Positions 1 to 13,892 of a DNA stretch of 64,000 bases are shown piece after piece. The DNA comes from Octopus vulgaris. Lineage: Eukaryota. Where the stretch lies: assembly GCA_951406725.2 (NCBI GenBank), contig OX597827.1:62186001-62250000 (forward strand), in the 5' to 3' direction. The notes beneath the pieces were generated by a model. The model saw nothing but the letters and a program-made list of their open reading frames with translations, was not told the DNA's origin and ran no database searches. Each line of letters opens with the position of its first letter. Position 1 is the first letter of the stretch. Position numbers and translations under genes: made by a program.

Positions 1-343
1 AGGTAAAAATCCCCGCTTCGGTCATGGATGAGAATGGGATTGGACCTAGAAAATTCCCTTCTCAAGTATAAGTCCGGGAAAATTTGTCTATAGAAGACCA
101 GCAGACATCCACACATGCCATCACTCCCCTCTCTACGCCATCGATGTTATCCAAGGGAAAGGCAAAGGGCCGATACAGCTTGGCACTAATGATATCGCAA
201 CTCATATCTACAGCTGAGTGAACTGGTGCAACGTGAAATAAAGTGTCTTGTTCAAGAACAAAACACACACCTCGGTCCGGAAATCGAACTCACTACCTCA
301 TGGTTGTGAGCGCAACGCTCTAACCACTGAGCCATGCGCCTTC
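1..343 (-). mobile_element. tRNA-derived SINE, family A (runs to window edge)
   Basis: Minus strand begins GAAGGCGCATGGCTCAGTGGTTAGAGCG (A box) ... GAGTTCGATTTCC (B box). Homologous to 17155-17489 and 17930-18258. Confidence 0.85.
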
Positions 344-730
344 ACATATACAGTGTATTTACATGCTAAATTATCGATAAAAATGCAAAACACGTTTTCC
401 AAACATATGCAAATGACGGTTAATCTCGGTTAATTTTGAAGCTGGTTACCGGCACAGCGTGCTTACGGCTAGAAAGGCTTTAGTCATAGGGGAGACCTTA
501 GAGGTCAATCAACACGAACAACTGTCATTACCACCGTTATTCAAGCCGGTGAGTAAACCGCTGTTGTGACGTGAGCCTGGCCACAATCATATCTTCGTGA
601 AATCATACTACCCTACCGCTATTCGGAACGGCAAAAACAAGGCACACGTTGTACGATGTGGTCTTAGAGTTCCATAGACATCTGGGTGGTGGTGGGTGGA
701 TTGGGAGTGGTGAAGGTCGTGGCTGGAATA

Positions 731-1135
731 AGGCGGCGAGCTGTCAGAAACGTTAGCACGCCGGGCGAAATGCTGAGCGGTATTTCGTCTGTCTTTACGT
801 TCTGAGTTTAAATTCCGCCGAGGTCAACTTTGCCTTTCATCCTTTCGTAAGTAACAGTTACGCACTGGGGTCGATGTAATCGACTTAATCCGTTTGTCTG
901 TCCTTGTTTGTCCTCTCTGTGTTTAGCTCCTTGTGGGTAGTAAAGAAATAGGTATTTCGTCTGCCGCTACATTCTGAGTTCAAATTCCGCCGAGGTTGTC
1001 TTTACCTTTCATCCTTTCGGGGTCGATTAAATAAGTACCAGTTACGCACTGGGGTCGATATAATCGACTTAATCCATATGTCTGTTCTTGTTTGTCCCCT
1101 CTATGTTTAGCCCTTTGTGGGCAATGAAGAAATAA
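731..1135 (+). mobile_element. SINE family B with tandemly duplicated 3' part, 19-bp TSD
   Basis: Head AGGCGGCGAGCTG..., core TTCAAATTCCGCCGAGGT...CCTTTCATCCTTTCG present twice. Flanked by GAAGGTCGTGGCTGG(A/G)ATA at 712-730 and 1136-1154. Confidence 0.88.
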
Positions 1136-1194
1136 GAAGGTCGTGGCTGGGATATTTTTCGTTATCATGTGTCTGCTCAAACATGATTGACCCC

Positions 1195-1308
1195 AGCACC
1201 ACCACCAGAACCACCACCACCAGAACCACCACTACCAGAACCACCACCACCACCACCACCACCACCACCACCACCACCACCACCACCACCACCACCACAA
1301 CCACCACT

Positions 1309-1376
<68 letters not shown>

Positions 1377-1756
1377 CACCGCCGCAAATCACCCCTCCTT
1401 CGCTGACCTAAGCACAACCACTACTATTGCTAAATCTACTGACCACACGAAGTCTAATAACCTTCCCTCCCCAACTTCCCCCGACTTTACGTTTTAATTC
1501 TCTACAAACAAGGAATGCCATGGTCAATACTAAATCCACCATCACTCATCCACTATTACCACCACCATCACCACCACCATCACCACCACCACCAGGAACA
1601 ACAACACCAACACCACCAGAGCGTTCATCATCACTTTCAACATCAATAGGCACTTTACCTACCACCATCACTTCCACCACCACCACCACCAGCACCAGCA
1701 CCAGCACCAGCACCACCAGCACCACCAGCACCACCAGCACCACCAGCACCACCACC

Positions 1757-1787
<31 letters not shown>

Positions 1788-1920
1788 GTAGCATCCCCCT
1801 CATTACTACGAGGAATATCATCATTTCCATCTGCATCACTACCACCACAATTTGCCATCGTACCATCAGCATCTTCATCACCACAGCCTCCTACACATGA
1901 TGATGACGATGATGATGATA

Positions 1921-1956
<36 letters not shown>

Positions 1957-1981
1957 GTGATGATGATGGTGATGATGATGG

Positions 1982-2030
<49 letters not shown>

Positions 2031-2083
2031 CACCGCCACTACCACCACCATCATCATCATCATCGTCATTGTCGTTGTCATCG

Positions 2084-2114
<31 letters not shown>

Positions 2115-2135
2115 TAGCAGCAGCAGCAGCATTAT
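1195..2135. repeat. Compound trinucleotide microsatellites (ACC)n/(ACT)n/(GAT)n/(CAT)n
   Basis: Directly visible; accounts for the poly-T/P/V/M ORFs. Confidence 0.95.
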
Positions 2136-2239
2136 CACAATTAGCACCTCACCGCCTCCAACCAAGAGGACACACACGTTTTATATTGCAGTGACAAGCC
2201 GAATGTATGTGACAGCTTTACAGCTTCGAGTAATCTAAG

Positions 2240-2287
2240 TGAGAGAGAGGAAGAAAGAGAATGGAGAGAAGAGCAGAGAAAGACAAT

Positions 2288-2335
<48 letters not shown>

Positions 2336-2464
2336 AAGAGAGAGATAGAGATAGATAGATAGGGAGAGAGAGAAAGAGAGATACTAAGCAAGATTGCAGT
2401 GACAAGATGAAATTATAAGAGAGTGGACGAGAGGAAAAGAGAAAGGGAAGAAATACATAAAAAC

Positions 2465-2499
<35 letters not shown>

Positions 2500-2765
2500 G
2501 GGGAGAGGGGAAGATAGATAAACAGAGAGATCGATAGATAGACAGATAGATAGAGAGAGAGAGAGACTGGGAGACAGTTAGAGATACACATATATACTTA
2601 TACACAAAAGCAGTTACATATATTTATATACCCATACACTTACATACGAGTATACTTACCTACATAAATATATATACATACATTGAAATACATACACGCA
2701 TACGTACATCCACCTACTAAACCACACGGCCATACAAATACATACACATTTATATATACATACAA

Positions 2766-2818
<53 letters not shown>

Positions 2819-2911
2819 CGAGAGAAAGAGAGAGAAAGAAAGAGAGAGAGAGTAGGACGTATAAGAAAAGCTGATATTGAGTGAACTACATTTATATACA
2901 TAGAATAAGCG

Positions 2912-2991
<80 letters not shown>

Positions 2992-3838
2992 GAAGAGAGA
3001 AGGAGAGAAAGGCAGAAATATATAGAGAGAGAGCAAGAGAGAGAGCTGGACGGCTATTTATAGGCATTGCAGCCATCTTTACATCTCCATCATTCCCAAC
3101 GCCATCACACACACACACACACACCACACCCACACACATGCACACTAACCTTACCTTTTGCAAGCGACCACACACACAGACACAAACACACTAACACTAT
3201 ACAGTCGCAGTGCCACCAACCAGCACCAGCACCAGCACCAGCACCAGCACCAGCACCACCAGCACCAATACCACTATCAGCGTCAGCGCCACAACCACCA
3301 TCTCCACCTTTCTCGCCACTGCCAGCCAACATCAATGCCTCTGTCTACGATACGTGGGAGACAGTTGGGTCATAAGTAGTGTACAGTTATGCAGAGAGAT
3401 GGATTCACTACCAGCACCAACACCCTCACCCACCACCACCACCACCACCACCAATACTAACACCACATACAGACCATTCTACACTCTCCCCCCCTCTCCC
3501 ACTCTATGTCTCAACGTAGTCGATCGATAAACGTATACACGCATATATATACAGGTACATATAGAGACGAACACAGAGGTATATTATAGATTACACAGAT
3601 AATATGCATATATATATATATATATACAAACATATATATATATACATACATATATTTATACGTCATATGTATATATATATACATACATACATATATATAT
3701 ATATATATTTGCATATTCACATATATATATATTCACATGTATAAATCTAAACACACACATATGTAGAGACCTTTATATATACACACACACACACACATAT
3801 ATAAAGTGTACATATGCATATCTATACATATATGTATG

Positions 3839-3889
<51 letters not shown>

Positions 3890-3944
3890 AAATCTAAGCA
3901 TATATATATATAAAGCTTTATGCACATATATATCATACTCATAC

Positions 3945-3984
<40 letters not shown>

Positions 3985-4186
3985 TATATATATATTCTTC
4001 ACATGTAAATACACACACACCATACAAACACACTTATGCACACACGCATATATATATATATATATATATATATAGTATATGTGTGTATGTATGTGCCTAT
4101 ATCTGTGAGTGTCTGTGTGTGAAAATCAATGACATAGATATATAGATAAACGTATATAGACATGCTTAGATATATATGTATCTATA

Positions 4187-4240
<54 letters not shown>

Positions 4241-4513
4241 CGTATACATTGAAAATACACATTAATATTATAAGGACAGATATAGACGTGAATACCTATG
4301 CTCCTACATACACCCTTTACATATATAAAACCAAACAAATGCTTACGAATTTAGAACAAGATATCTGCGCCTGCGCACATATCCAAGTACCCCATACTCG
4401 TATACATACACATGCATACACACTCAGACACACATAGGTGTTATATACACGAACACAATACATGCATGCATACATACATGTGTAGATACTCTGTACGCCT
4501 ATACCCATGTATG

Positions 4514-4602
<89 letters not shown>

Positions 4603-4725
4603 GTATATTTGTATATTTGTGTATGTTTATATGCGTGTATATATATGTATGTAGATATATTTGCGTATATAAATATGTATCTAAGTATGTATACATTTGG
4701 ATATATTTCATATATTCGTACGTTG

Positions 4726-4817
<92 letters not shown>

Positions 4818-5019
4818 ATATGTCTTTGTGTGTGTGTATATGTGTGTGTGTATGTGTGTGGTGTGTGTGTGTGTGGGGTGTAAAATGCATAGATACATAT
4901 ACGTACACACACACATATATATATATACACACATACACACATATATGTATATGTAAGTACGTATGTATGTATGTATGGGCGTGTCGATATGTATATATGT
5001 ATGTATATATCTGTTTGTA

Positions 5020-5066
<47 letters not shown>
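2240..5066. repeat. Dinucleotide microsatellite field (GA)n, (TA)n, (CA/TG)n
   Basis: Directly visible, interrupted by short unique or ACC-rich islands. Confidence 0.92.
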
Positions 5067-5070
<4 letters not shown>

Positions 5071-5179
5071 CATGCTATCGCGTCATTAGCAAAGGATTCT
5101 TGGCGTGTTCGACAGGAATATTCTGTTGAACATCGACGACGGCGTCAACGACGATGGTTGGTAACATATAGACATATAA

Positions 5180-5354
5180 CAATGATGATGATGATGAAGA
5201 TGATGATGATGATGACGAGGTTGACGACAACGACACCGTCACCGTCGACGACGACAACGACGATGACGCCGAAATCGTCGAAGATGGCGACGGCGACGAC
5301 AACAACGACGACAACGATGACGATGACGTTGCCGGTGATAATGAGGACGATGGC

Positions 5355-5407
<53 letters not shown>

Positions 5408-5432
5408 CAATGGTTGTGGCGCAACAGAAGCC

Positions 5433-5462
<30 letters not shown>
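5180..5462. repeat. (GAT)n/(GAC)n/(TAC)n microsatellite
   Basis: Directly visible. Confidence 0.92.
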
Positions 5463-5463
<1 letters not shown>

Positions 5464-5959
5464 TTAAAATTGTTTTGATTTTTGTTTCCAGTTCAAAATG
5501 GCTTGGTGAAGTATTCTCGAAATTTCCTTGGTTTTGCAGTGATCTGCTGGATGTGTTCAGTTTGTGGTTAGACATAGTTTGATATTGTGCAGGCGTTAAG
5601 TGTTAACGGAAGATCGCCTTTGATTTAAGAAACGTGTGTTTCTGCTGCAAGAATCCAGAAGATAAGCGAGTTCTAATCTGGCATATAAATTGGTCATCGT
5701 TCTTGGAATAAGGCTTGGCTGCTAAGGGCTACTACCAGAACTGCTTTTATCCATAGACATGCATAGACATACTGCGCTGGCACCCGGGGCTCTCACAGGT
5801 CTAAAGGCTCAATTCTGAACTGTGTATGCTGTGGTCTTTAACAATAAAAAACCTTGTTTCTTATTCGCCGACATATATGGTACAGTTCTCTAGCCGAGTT
5901 TTCCTTTTTAGCCTCTTAATATGCACATTTGTTTTCAATTTCCAAGCAATACATATTCT

Positions 5960-6408
5960 TTTATTCTTTTATTTGTTTCTGTCATTTTACTGCGGTCATG
6001 CTGGAGCTTCTTTCAATTTCCGTCAACCAAATCCATTCACAAGGCTTTGGTCAGTCCGAGGCTAAGTAGAAGACACTAGCCCAAGGTGCCACGCAGTGAG
6101 ACTACCAGGAACCATGTGGTTGGTAAGCAAGCTACTTACCACACAGCAACTCCTGCGCTTATACGTAAATACATACACACATACACATATGTATGTACGT
6201 GCCTTTGTTTTTGCCTTTGTTCTCCACCCCAAAAGCTTGACAGTCGGTGTTTGTTTTGGGTCATGTCGATTAGCGGTTCGGCAAAAGTGAGCGATACAAT
6301 AAGTGCCACACATAAAAATAAGCTCTGGGTTTCAATTTGTTGGAGAAGACACCTTAATGCTTTTCCTCAGCACGGCTAAAACAGTTCAATGACTGGAACA
6401 AACAAAAT
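5960..6408. mobile_element. SINE family C pieces: minus-strand internally deleted copy (5960-6160) and plus-strand 3' half (6215-6408)
   Basis: Matches the full-length family C copy at 30646-31048 in both orientations. Confidence 0.75.
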
Positions 6409-6824
6409 ATAAGTATGGCCGTCTGTGTTCAGATTGTAACGAAGTGAATTGAACTGTTTTGTGTATTGTTAAAATGGCCGCTAATTCCACAGAAGGGTTT
6501 AGTAGTGATGGTGATGGTGGCGGCAGAAGTGTGGGGGATAATGCTATAATTCATTAAGGATCCGACAGATATTAGAGTTGATCTTATTTCATACTCGGTC
6601 AACTCCTAAAGCAGCAGATTCCATGAACAGATAAACATTTCAGTCGGGAAAATCACTTTGAAGCCATGAGCTTGGAGGATCAGTGCCACTGTGAGGTACT
6701 TTGGATGAGTGTGTCCTGCTATTGTCCCCGCGGGCCGACCAAAGCCTTGTGAGTGAATTTGCTAGCCGGAAACTGTGGAAGACCGTCATTTATATTAATA
6801 TATGTGTATGTAGAATACACACAC

Positions 6825-6884
<60 letters not shown>

Positions 6885-7484
6885 CACACACATAATATAT
6901 ACATGCACTCATTCACACACACGCGCACACATATATTTTAGGTAGAAAGGAAGATGAACACACGTAAGCTTAATGCATATATTTACATGGAACACAAATT
7001 ACAAATAAGGGAATAAAGTAAACAAAAGGAGTTTTGTAATAGTTGTAACTCGACAGCTGTTTCGGGATCCCACGGTTTATGCTGTAGCCACATTCGTGGG
7101 TAATAGATGTGCATTGTGTCGTTAAGTAACTTCCGTCGGCAGAATAATATAATGACTTTCAGTATTTATAGTGTGAAAGACCCTGGAAATAACCAAAACA
7201 AGAAGACGCTGATCGTTTTAAATAACTCCAATGGGTTATTTTTAAATGAAAATGGGTGGATTTTAGATGAAAATACTTAACGCTAAGGGTTAGATAATAA
7301 AGTGAGTGTACTATGGCTATGATAGTTTAGAAAAAAATGTTTTTTTCCCATCAGAATTAGTTGATGACTAGTGAGATAAATGAAGGATGCAAAGTAATTT
7401 AAAAATAAATGGATGTTAATTGAATAAATATCAACGAGAGAAAAAGAAGTATTAAAGTAAACTTCAGGTATATAATAATATCGA

Positions 7485-7720
7485 GGCACTCCGTCGGTTA
7501 CGAGTGTTCCAGTCGATCTTTTGAAATACAGGTACAACAGAAACAAAGAGTGAGAGAAAGTTATGGTGAAAGAGTACAACAGGGTTCGCCACCACACCTA
7601 CTGGAGAATCGTGGAGCTTTAAGTGTTTTTGCTCAATAAACACTCACAACGCCCGGTCTGGGAATCGGAACCACGACCGCGAGACCGCTGCCCTAACAAC
7701 TGGGCCACTGCGCCTCCACA
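7485..7720 (-). mobile_element. tRNA-derived SINE, family D
   Basis: Minus head TGGAGGCGCAGTGGCCCAGTTGTTAGGGCAGCG...GGTTCCGATTCCCAGACCGGGCG; homologous to 8062-8352. Confidence 0.8.
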
Positions 7721-7781
7721 GATATAATAATATAAAGTGTAATTGAAAGAAGAAAATATCTTTTGCTATTGAAACCAGACA

Positions 7782-8022
7782 AGGCGGCGAACTGACGGAG
7801 TCGTCAGCACGCTAGATTAAATGCATGATGGCGTTTCTTTGGTTTTTTACGCTCTGAGTCCTAATTCCGTTGAGGTTGACTTTACCTTTCGTCCTTTCGG
7901 AGTTGATGAGATAAAGTGCCTGCCAAAGTGCCTGCCTGTTGAGCACCGGGGTTGATGGGATCGACTAACCCTTTCCACAACAAAATTACCGGTCTAGTAA
8001 TTACAGTAGAAGGAATTATTAA
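7782..8022 (+). mobile_element. SINE family B variant (diverged)
   Basis: AGGCGGCGAACTG head, GTTGACTTTACCTTTCGTCCTTTCGG core, AGAAGGAATTATTA tail. Confidence 0.75.
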
Positions 8023-8061
8023 AATCCTTTCTTGGAAAACGAGTGGGTATATAAAGAAATT

Positions 8062-8352
8062 GTGGAGGCGCAATGGCCCAGTGGTTAGGGCCGCGGATTC
8101 GCAGTTTCGATTCCCAGACCGGGCGCTGTATGTGTTTATTGAGCGAAAACACCTAAAGCTCCACGAGGCTCCACAGAAGGCAGTGGCGACCCCTGTTGTA
8201 CTCTTTCGCCACAACTTTCTCTCACTCTCTCTTCCTGTTTCTCGAGTAACGTTGCGATGGACAGGCGTCCAGTCCAGCAGGGAGTGGGGAACACATACGC
8301 CACAGAAACCGAGAAACCGGGCCCATGAGCCTAGCTAGGCTTGAAAATGGCG
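8062..8352 (+). mobile_element. tRNA-derived SINE, family D
   Basis: TGGAGGCGCAATGGCCCAGTGGTTAGGG (A box), TTTCGATTCCC (B box-like), tail CCCATGAGCCTAGCTAGGCTTGAAAA shared with 24876-25120 and 63285-63585. Confidence 0.85.
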
Positions 8353-8736
8353 ATGTTTTTTTTTTTATATAAAGAGATTACGTTGTAGAGGGGTGGCATG
8401 GATGATCTAGGTGAATACAAGGAAGCGATACTAATATAAAGATATTTACATAAACAAATAATTTAATAGGTTAAGACATACATAAACGACAATAAAAATT
8501 GTGACGGTAAAACCTCTTTAATATTAGATAAATAGGATGATTAGATTCTTGAAGGGCCAATAGGCATAATTAGAATTTCCAAACGAAAAAAAAAAAAATG
8601 GAGAAGAAATATTTATTAGAGTTGTAGGTTTGAGATAATTAAATTGAATAACATCGGCTATGAGATGATGTGTACAACATGTTACTGTAAGACTGGGTAA
8701 AGTAACGTTTAAGTAAAATACGAACATATGTATGTA

Positions 8737-8785
<49 letters not shown>

Positions 8786-8787
8786 GT

Positions 8788-8851
<64 letters not shown>

Positions 8852-9024
8852 GTATATATTTATATATATATATATATATATATAAGTATATATATATATG
8901 TATATATAGTGATATATGTATATGCATATATTTATATATAAATGTATATGCATGTGCATATATATGTATATATATCTGTGTATATCTATGTATATATATA
9001 TATATCTGTGAATATCTACGTATA

Positions 9025-9057
<33 letters not shown>

Positions 9058-9691
9058 TGCATTAATATTAAATATACCATTAATATTAAATGGTTATGAA
9101 TTCTAAGCTATGTCGATAAAATGAGGTGGGAGAAAAAAAAATGTTAAAATGTTCTAAATAAATAAAACTACAATGGAATAAAACCAAAATAAAATCTTCT
9201 AAGAAGGCTGGCTTAATGTGAGATAGGAAATAGCATAGTACATAAAGATATGACAAACTAAATTGGCGAAAAGAAACGAAGAGGAAAGGAAGTTCCGAAT
9301 TTTTTTAAGGACCATAAATGTGAAGATGAGTGTGTAAAATAAGTTCAGATAGCTAATATGGCTAGAAAGTAGATCGAACTGTGAGTAAAATGATTAATAA
9401 TGTATATAGAGATAAGCTGTGAATATGAAAGATAGGTCAAAATAGAAGGTATGGTAGAATAGTAGATAAATAAGGTTAAATACTGGGGGTAATCTGGGGC
9501 TAAATAGTTTCGGTAAGTAGGTGTGTATACATAGAAGTACGCCCATGTGTATGCGCACGTGTATCTCGATATCTTCATACGATAGTGTGTGTATGTGTGT
9601 GTATGTATTTGTGTGTTTGCATATGTATATGAGCGAATGTGTGCATACGTATGTATGTATATATGTATGTATATATACATACATACATTTA

Positions 9692-9727
<36 letters not shown>

Positions 9728-10044
9728 TATATGTATATATATAGATGTTTCTATGTATATATATGCGTATGTATAAAATGAGACAAAAAATGGATAAATA
9801 AATATATATCCCACAAAGACATTTATATGAGCTGTTACATATACATGGGAAGTAATACATTAAAATAGTTCTCTACAGCTGTTTCAAAGATTCGACTACT
9901 GGTTAAGCTCTGATTCATATAATGCAAACTGGCTTACATAATGGAGGAAATCATTATAATCAGCAAATATGCAAAAATATATTCTATTCACATGAAGTAT
10001 TATATCCTAATATCTTCAAGCTGGAATCGCATTTGTTACCCATA

Positions 10045-10162
10045 CTTCCGATGAAAATATTCGGCGGTTCTACTTTGAAGATATCAATGTAATTCTTTCC
10101 TTAATTGCTGTGCATAAAGATTGCTTCGAACCAGTCACCGAATCTTTGAAACAGCTGTAAAG
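10045..10162 (+). ncRNA. Degenerate type I hammerhead motif with long stem II
   Basis: CTT-CCGATGA (one change from CTGATGA)-AAATATTCGG...CCGAATCTTT-GAAA-CAGCTG-TA-AAG. An inverted partial copy lies at about 9870-9905. Confidence 0.55.
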
Positions 10163-10527
10163 ATATTTTTCACTGTGTGTTCTGAATATACATATGTAAT
10201 TTCTGAATCAAATGAATTACGGCCGTGTATAATTGTTTGTATATTTTTTTATCTATATATTGCCCATTTGAGATATGTATTTTTTACAGTCAACACATGT
10301 TCTGAGGGTCTTTTTTTTTTACCAAGATTAGGTAGTTGGATGTTAAGAATCTGACCATTTCAAGCACAGTTCGGCTTATATATTACACGCTTGTACTAGA
10401 GTTTTCTCACCGACTACGCACGCACTCTCTCTCTCACACACACACACAAACACACACACACGCATATACACACCAAACAAATACACACACACACACACAC
10501 GCATATACACACCAAACAAATACACAT

Positions 10528-10576
<49 letters not shown>

Positions 10577-10608
10577 CAAATATACACATATATATAACAA
10601 ATACACAT

Positions 10609-10662
<54 letters not shown>

Positions 10663-11033
10663 AAATTTTGTTTTGACATTTAAAAGAATCTACTCTAAGG
10701 AAAGATACTTTATTAATTAACATAATTACACTAAATGAATTAATTTTTTAATCAGTAACTTTTGTGATATAGAACCTTGAGGGCATGCAATATTCTTAGG
10801 TTTTCTATAGGGGTTAATAGCAACAATAACGATAATGACTAAAAAGAAAAAGAAAAAAAACGTGGAGAAACCTATTTCAGACGTTAAACAACTTATGACC
10901 TTCTTTAAAGAATGATACATCTATACAAGCGATCAGTAATCAAAGTGAAAAACTACATTCTGGAATATACATGCATGCATAGAAACACAAACATGCATTG
11001 ATGCATACAGAGTTATGCATTCACTCTTCAGTT

Positions 11034-11085
<52 letters not shown>

Positions 11086-11139
11086 GCATATATATATACA
11101 TATACATGTGTGCGTTTCTGTATGTATATATATGTATGT

Positions 11140-11171
<32 letters not shown>

Positions 11172-11347
11172 ACACTCATATATATATATATACATACGGA
11201 GGCACATGGCCTAGGGGTTAGAGCAACGGATTCGCTGTCTCTTCTGATTTAAGCATCTTAATATGATTTCAGTGGTGTAGAATTTACAATGTAATTATTT
11301 TTTTTCATTCCAGGTGCCATTATATTAAATATTTGCGAAGAGTACTC

Positions 11348-12031
11348 ATGCCACACACAAGAAATTCAACTGAACTGTCAGATTTCCAAAGAGGTCGTAT
11401 TGTTGGGCAATCTGATGCTGGTCTTAACCAGCGAAAAATTGGCCGAAAATCTTCAAATTCCTCTTGCCACTGTTAATAGAATTATAGTGCAATTCAAAAG
11501 CCAAGGAAAAGAATCAACAGATTCTTGTCCTGGCCGACCTGGGCCCTCAGAAAGGAAGCTAGAAGTTAGTCCAAGAGCGTGTGTTACATATCAGCATAAG
11601 CTTGGGTATTATGGACGAGCAGCTAGAAGAAAACCTCTCCTTCACCCAATTAATATCATGTACAGGAGATGTCAGAAAAATCCAGTTCATTTTGGGATAG
11701 AGTGATTTTCTCAAATGAATCCAGATTTGCATTATTTTCAGACAGCGGACGTGTTTGGGTCTGGAGGCTTCCCAATCAAGAATTTGATTTGAAACGATTC
11801 CAACCAACTGTGAAACATGCAGGTATCTCTGGAATGGTATGGGGAACTATCACCAGCAATGGTCGTTCTGAGCTGATCGAATGTGTTGGAACCATAAACT
11901 CTAAAAAATACATTGAAATACTTAAGCAGGAACCATTTCCGATGTATTCACACGATAACATAACGAAAAATTAGTTTTTATTCATGGAAGATGGGGATCC
12001 ATGCTACACAGTGAAAAGTAATCAACAATGG
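11348..12031 (+). pseudogene. Tc1-family transposase remnant (frameshifts, deletion, stop, 3' truncated by a SINE)
   Basis: [43 protein letters not shown] (catalytic D to N), PTVKH..MVWG, FMEDGDPCY (QDNAPCH-like). Confidence 0.9.
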
Positions 12032-12054
12032 TAAATTAAGTACTAGTTACGCAC

Positions 12055-12208
12055 GACCCCAGTGCGTAACTGGTACTTAATTTATCGACCCCGAAAGGAT
12101 GAAAGGCAAAGTCGACTTCGGCGGAATTTGAACTCACAACGTAACGGCAGGCGAAATACCGCTAAGCATTTCGCCCGGCGTGCTAACGTTTCTACCAGCT
12201 CACCGCCT
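12055..12208 (-). mobile_element. SINE family B (3' truncated)
   Basis: Reverse complement of the family B head and core. Confidence 0.85.
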
Positions 12209-12810
12209 ACTATGTATGTATGTATGTATGTATGTATGTATGTATGTATGTATGTATGTATGTATGTATGTATGTATGTATGGATGGATGAATGGATGGA
12301 TGGATGGGTAGGTGGATGGATGGATGTACGAACTCGTGCTTGTATGTGTTTTAAAAATATATGAGTCTTTAAGTGAAAGGTATATTTATACGTCTATATA
12401 TATGTGCGACCTTGTGTCTGTGAATTATGTGAATGGATCTATTTCTGTTCATGTGTACTTCCATACATGTGTAACGGACGTACAAAAGCGAGTGAATATA
12501 CGTGCATGCAATTTATTCTTTTAAACCCCTAAACAGAAAACCTACGAATATAGCGTAGCCCCAAGGCACTGCATCAGACATTAGGACAAGATACTGATTA
12601 GAAAAATAATTAAATTAAGGAAATTATGTTAATTAGTAGAATGAGTTTTTTTTTATAAAAGGAGCATGTTTTCTCAAACTAGTTTTTAAAAATGTAAATA
12701 TAAAATTGCATTTCAAATCTCACACTGTCTGTCTGTGTGTCTGTTATACACATACGCACACGTATAGATATAGATATACTCTCACAATGCATACATATAT
12801 ATATATATAG

Positions 12811-12859
<49 letters not shown>

Positions 12860-13226
12860 TTGTATGCACATGCACGCATACATACACACAAGCATCTTAA
12901 TGTATATTGCTGACGTCAGGCTTTATAAATATGTAAAAATGGTGATTCGGTGAATCTCGAGGCAGATAAAGCTGTAAATAATAGCAATGTATATATCTGA
13001 ATCTTTGTCTCTCTGTCTCTGAGTCTATCTCTCTCTATATATATACATGTATAACAACACTCTACAAGTGTATACGTTTATCTGTATACAGTTGTGTGTG
13101 TATTCTAATGCACGATTTAGTTATGAAACATCTGTAGTATCGCATAATATTGATGGTAATTTTGCAATATTATGTATTTTGTTTTATATAAAAAATATAC
13201 CTGCACATCTACATATATAAATGTGC

Positions 13227-13278
<52 letters not shown>

Positions 13279-13451
13279 CAAGAATGTTAGAGGTTGTGAA
13301 TCCAACCAACTAAGGGATAATATCTATCCAATATACTGCTGGTAGAATATCCAATTATTAATACACAAGTGTTTTTTTATTGCATTGCAATTACATTACC
13401 GAGTGTACTAAATGGGTGAAGGTAAAGAGATATTTTACCATTAATTTATAA

Positions 13452-13737
13452 AGCAATAAGAAAATGGAGGGGATCAAGAGGTGGTATTCATCAACTTTTA
13501 GACATTATATTATGTCTATTTATTTATTTACTAAAATGACAATTACAAGAATATACATACATGTTTAACATATTATGCTTTACATATATAATATATAAAG
13601 ATATCAATATATCATATATGTAAGCATAATATGTTATACATGGATGTATATTGTTAAAATTGTTATTTTAGTAATTAAATAATTAAGTTAACATAATATA
13701 ATGTCTAAAAGTTGATCCCCTCCATTTTCTTATTGCT
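13452..13737. repeat. Long imperfect palindrome, arms about 140 bp, centre about 13600
   Basis: AGCAATAAGAAAATGGAGGGGATCAA...TCAACTTTTAGACATTATATTATGT...CATATTATGCTTTACATAT is mirrored by ATATGTAAGCATAATATG...ACATAATATAATGTCTAAAAGTTGATCCCCTCCATTTTCTTATTGCT. Confidence 0.85.
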
Positions 13738-13892
13738 CTATACATACATAAATACATACATACATGCATACATACATACATACATACATACATACATACA
13801 TACATACATAATACATACATACATACATACATACATACAAACATACATACATACATACATACATACACACATACATACATACATATATATAA

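Noticed and set aside
1897-2114. (GAT)n followed by complementary (CAT)n as a functional hairpin
   Set aside because: Both triplet classes are abundant here, so adjacency is plausible by chance.
1107-2238. Poly-Thr mucin-like, poly-Pro and poly-Met ORFs
   Set aside because: Pure microsatellite translations.
5105-5131. 12-bp hairpin TGTTCGACAGGA-ATA-TTCTGTTGAACA as a pre-miRNA
   Set aside because: Too short for a pre-miRNA and unsupported by anything else.
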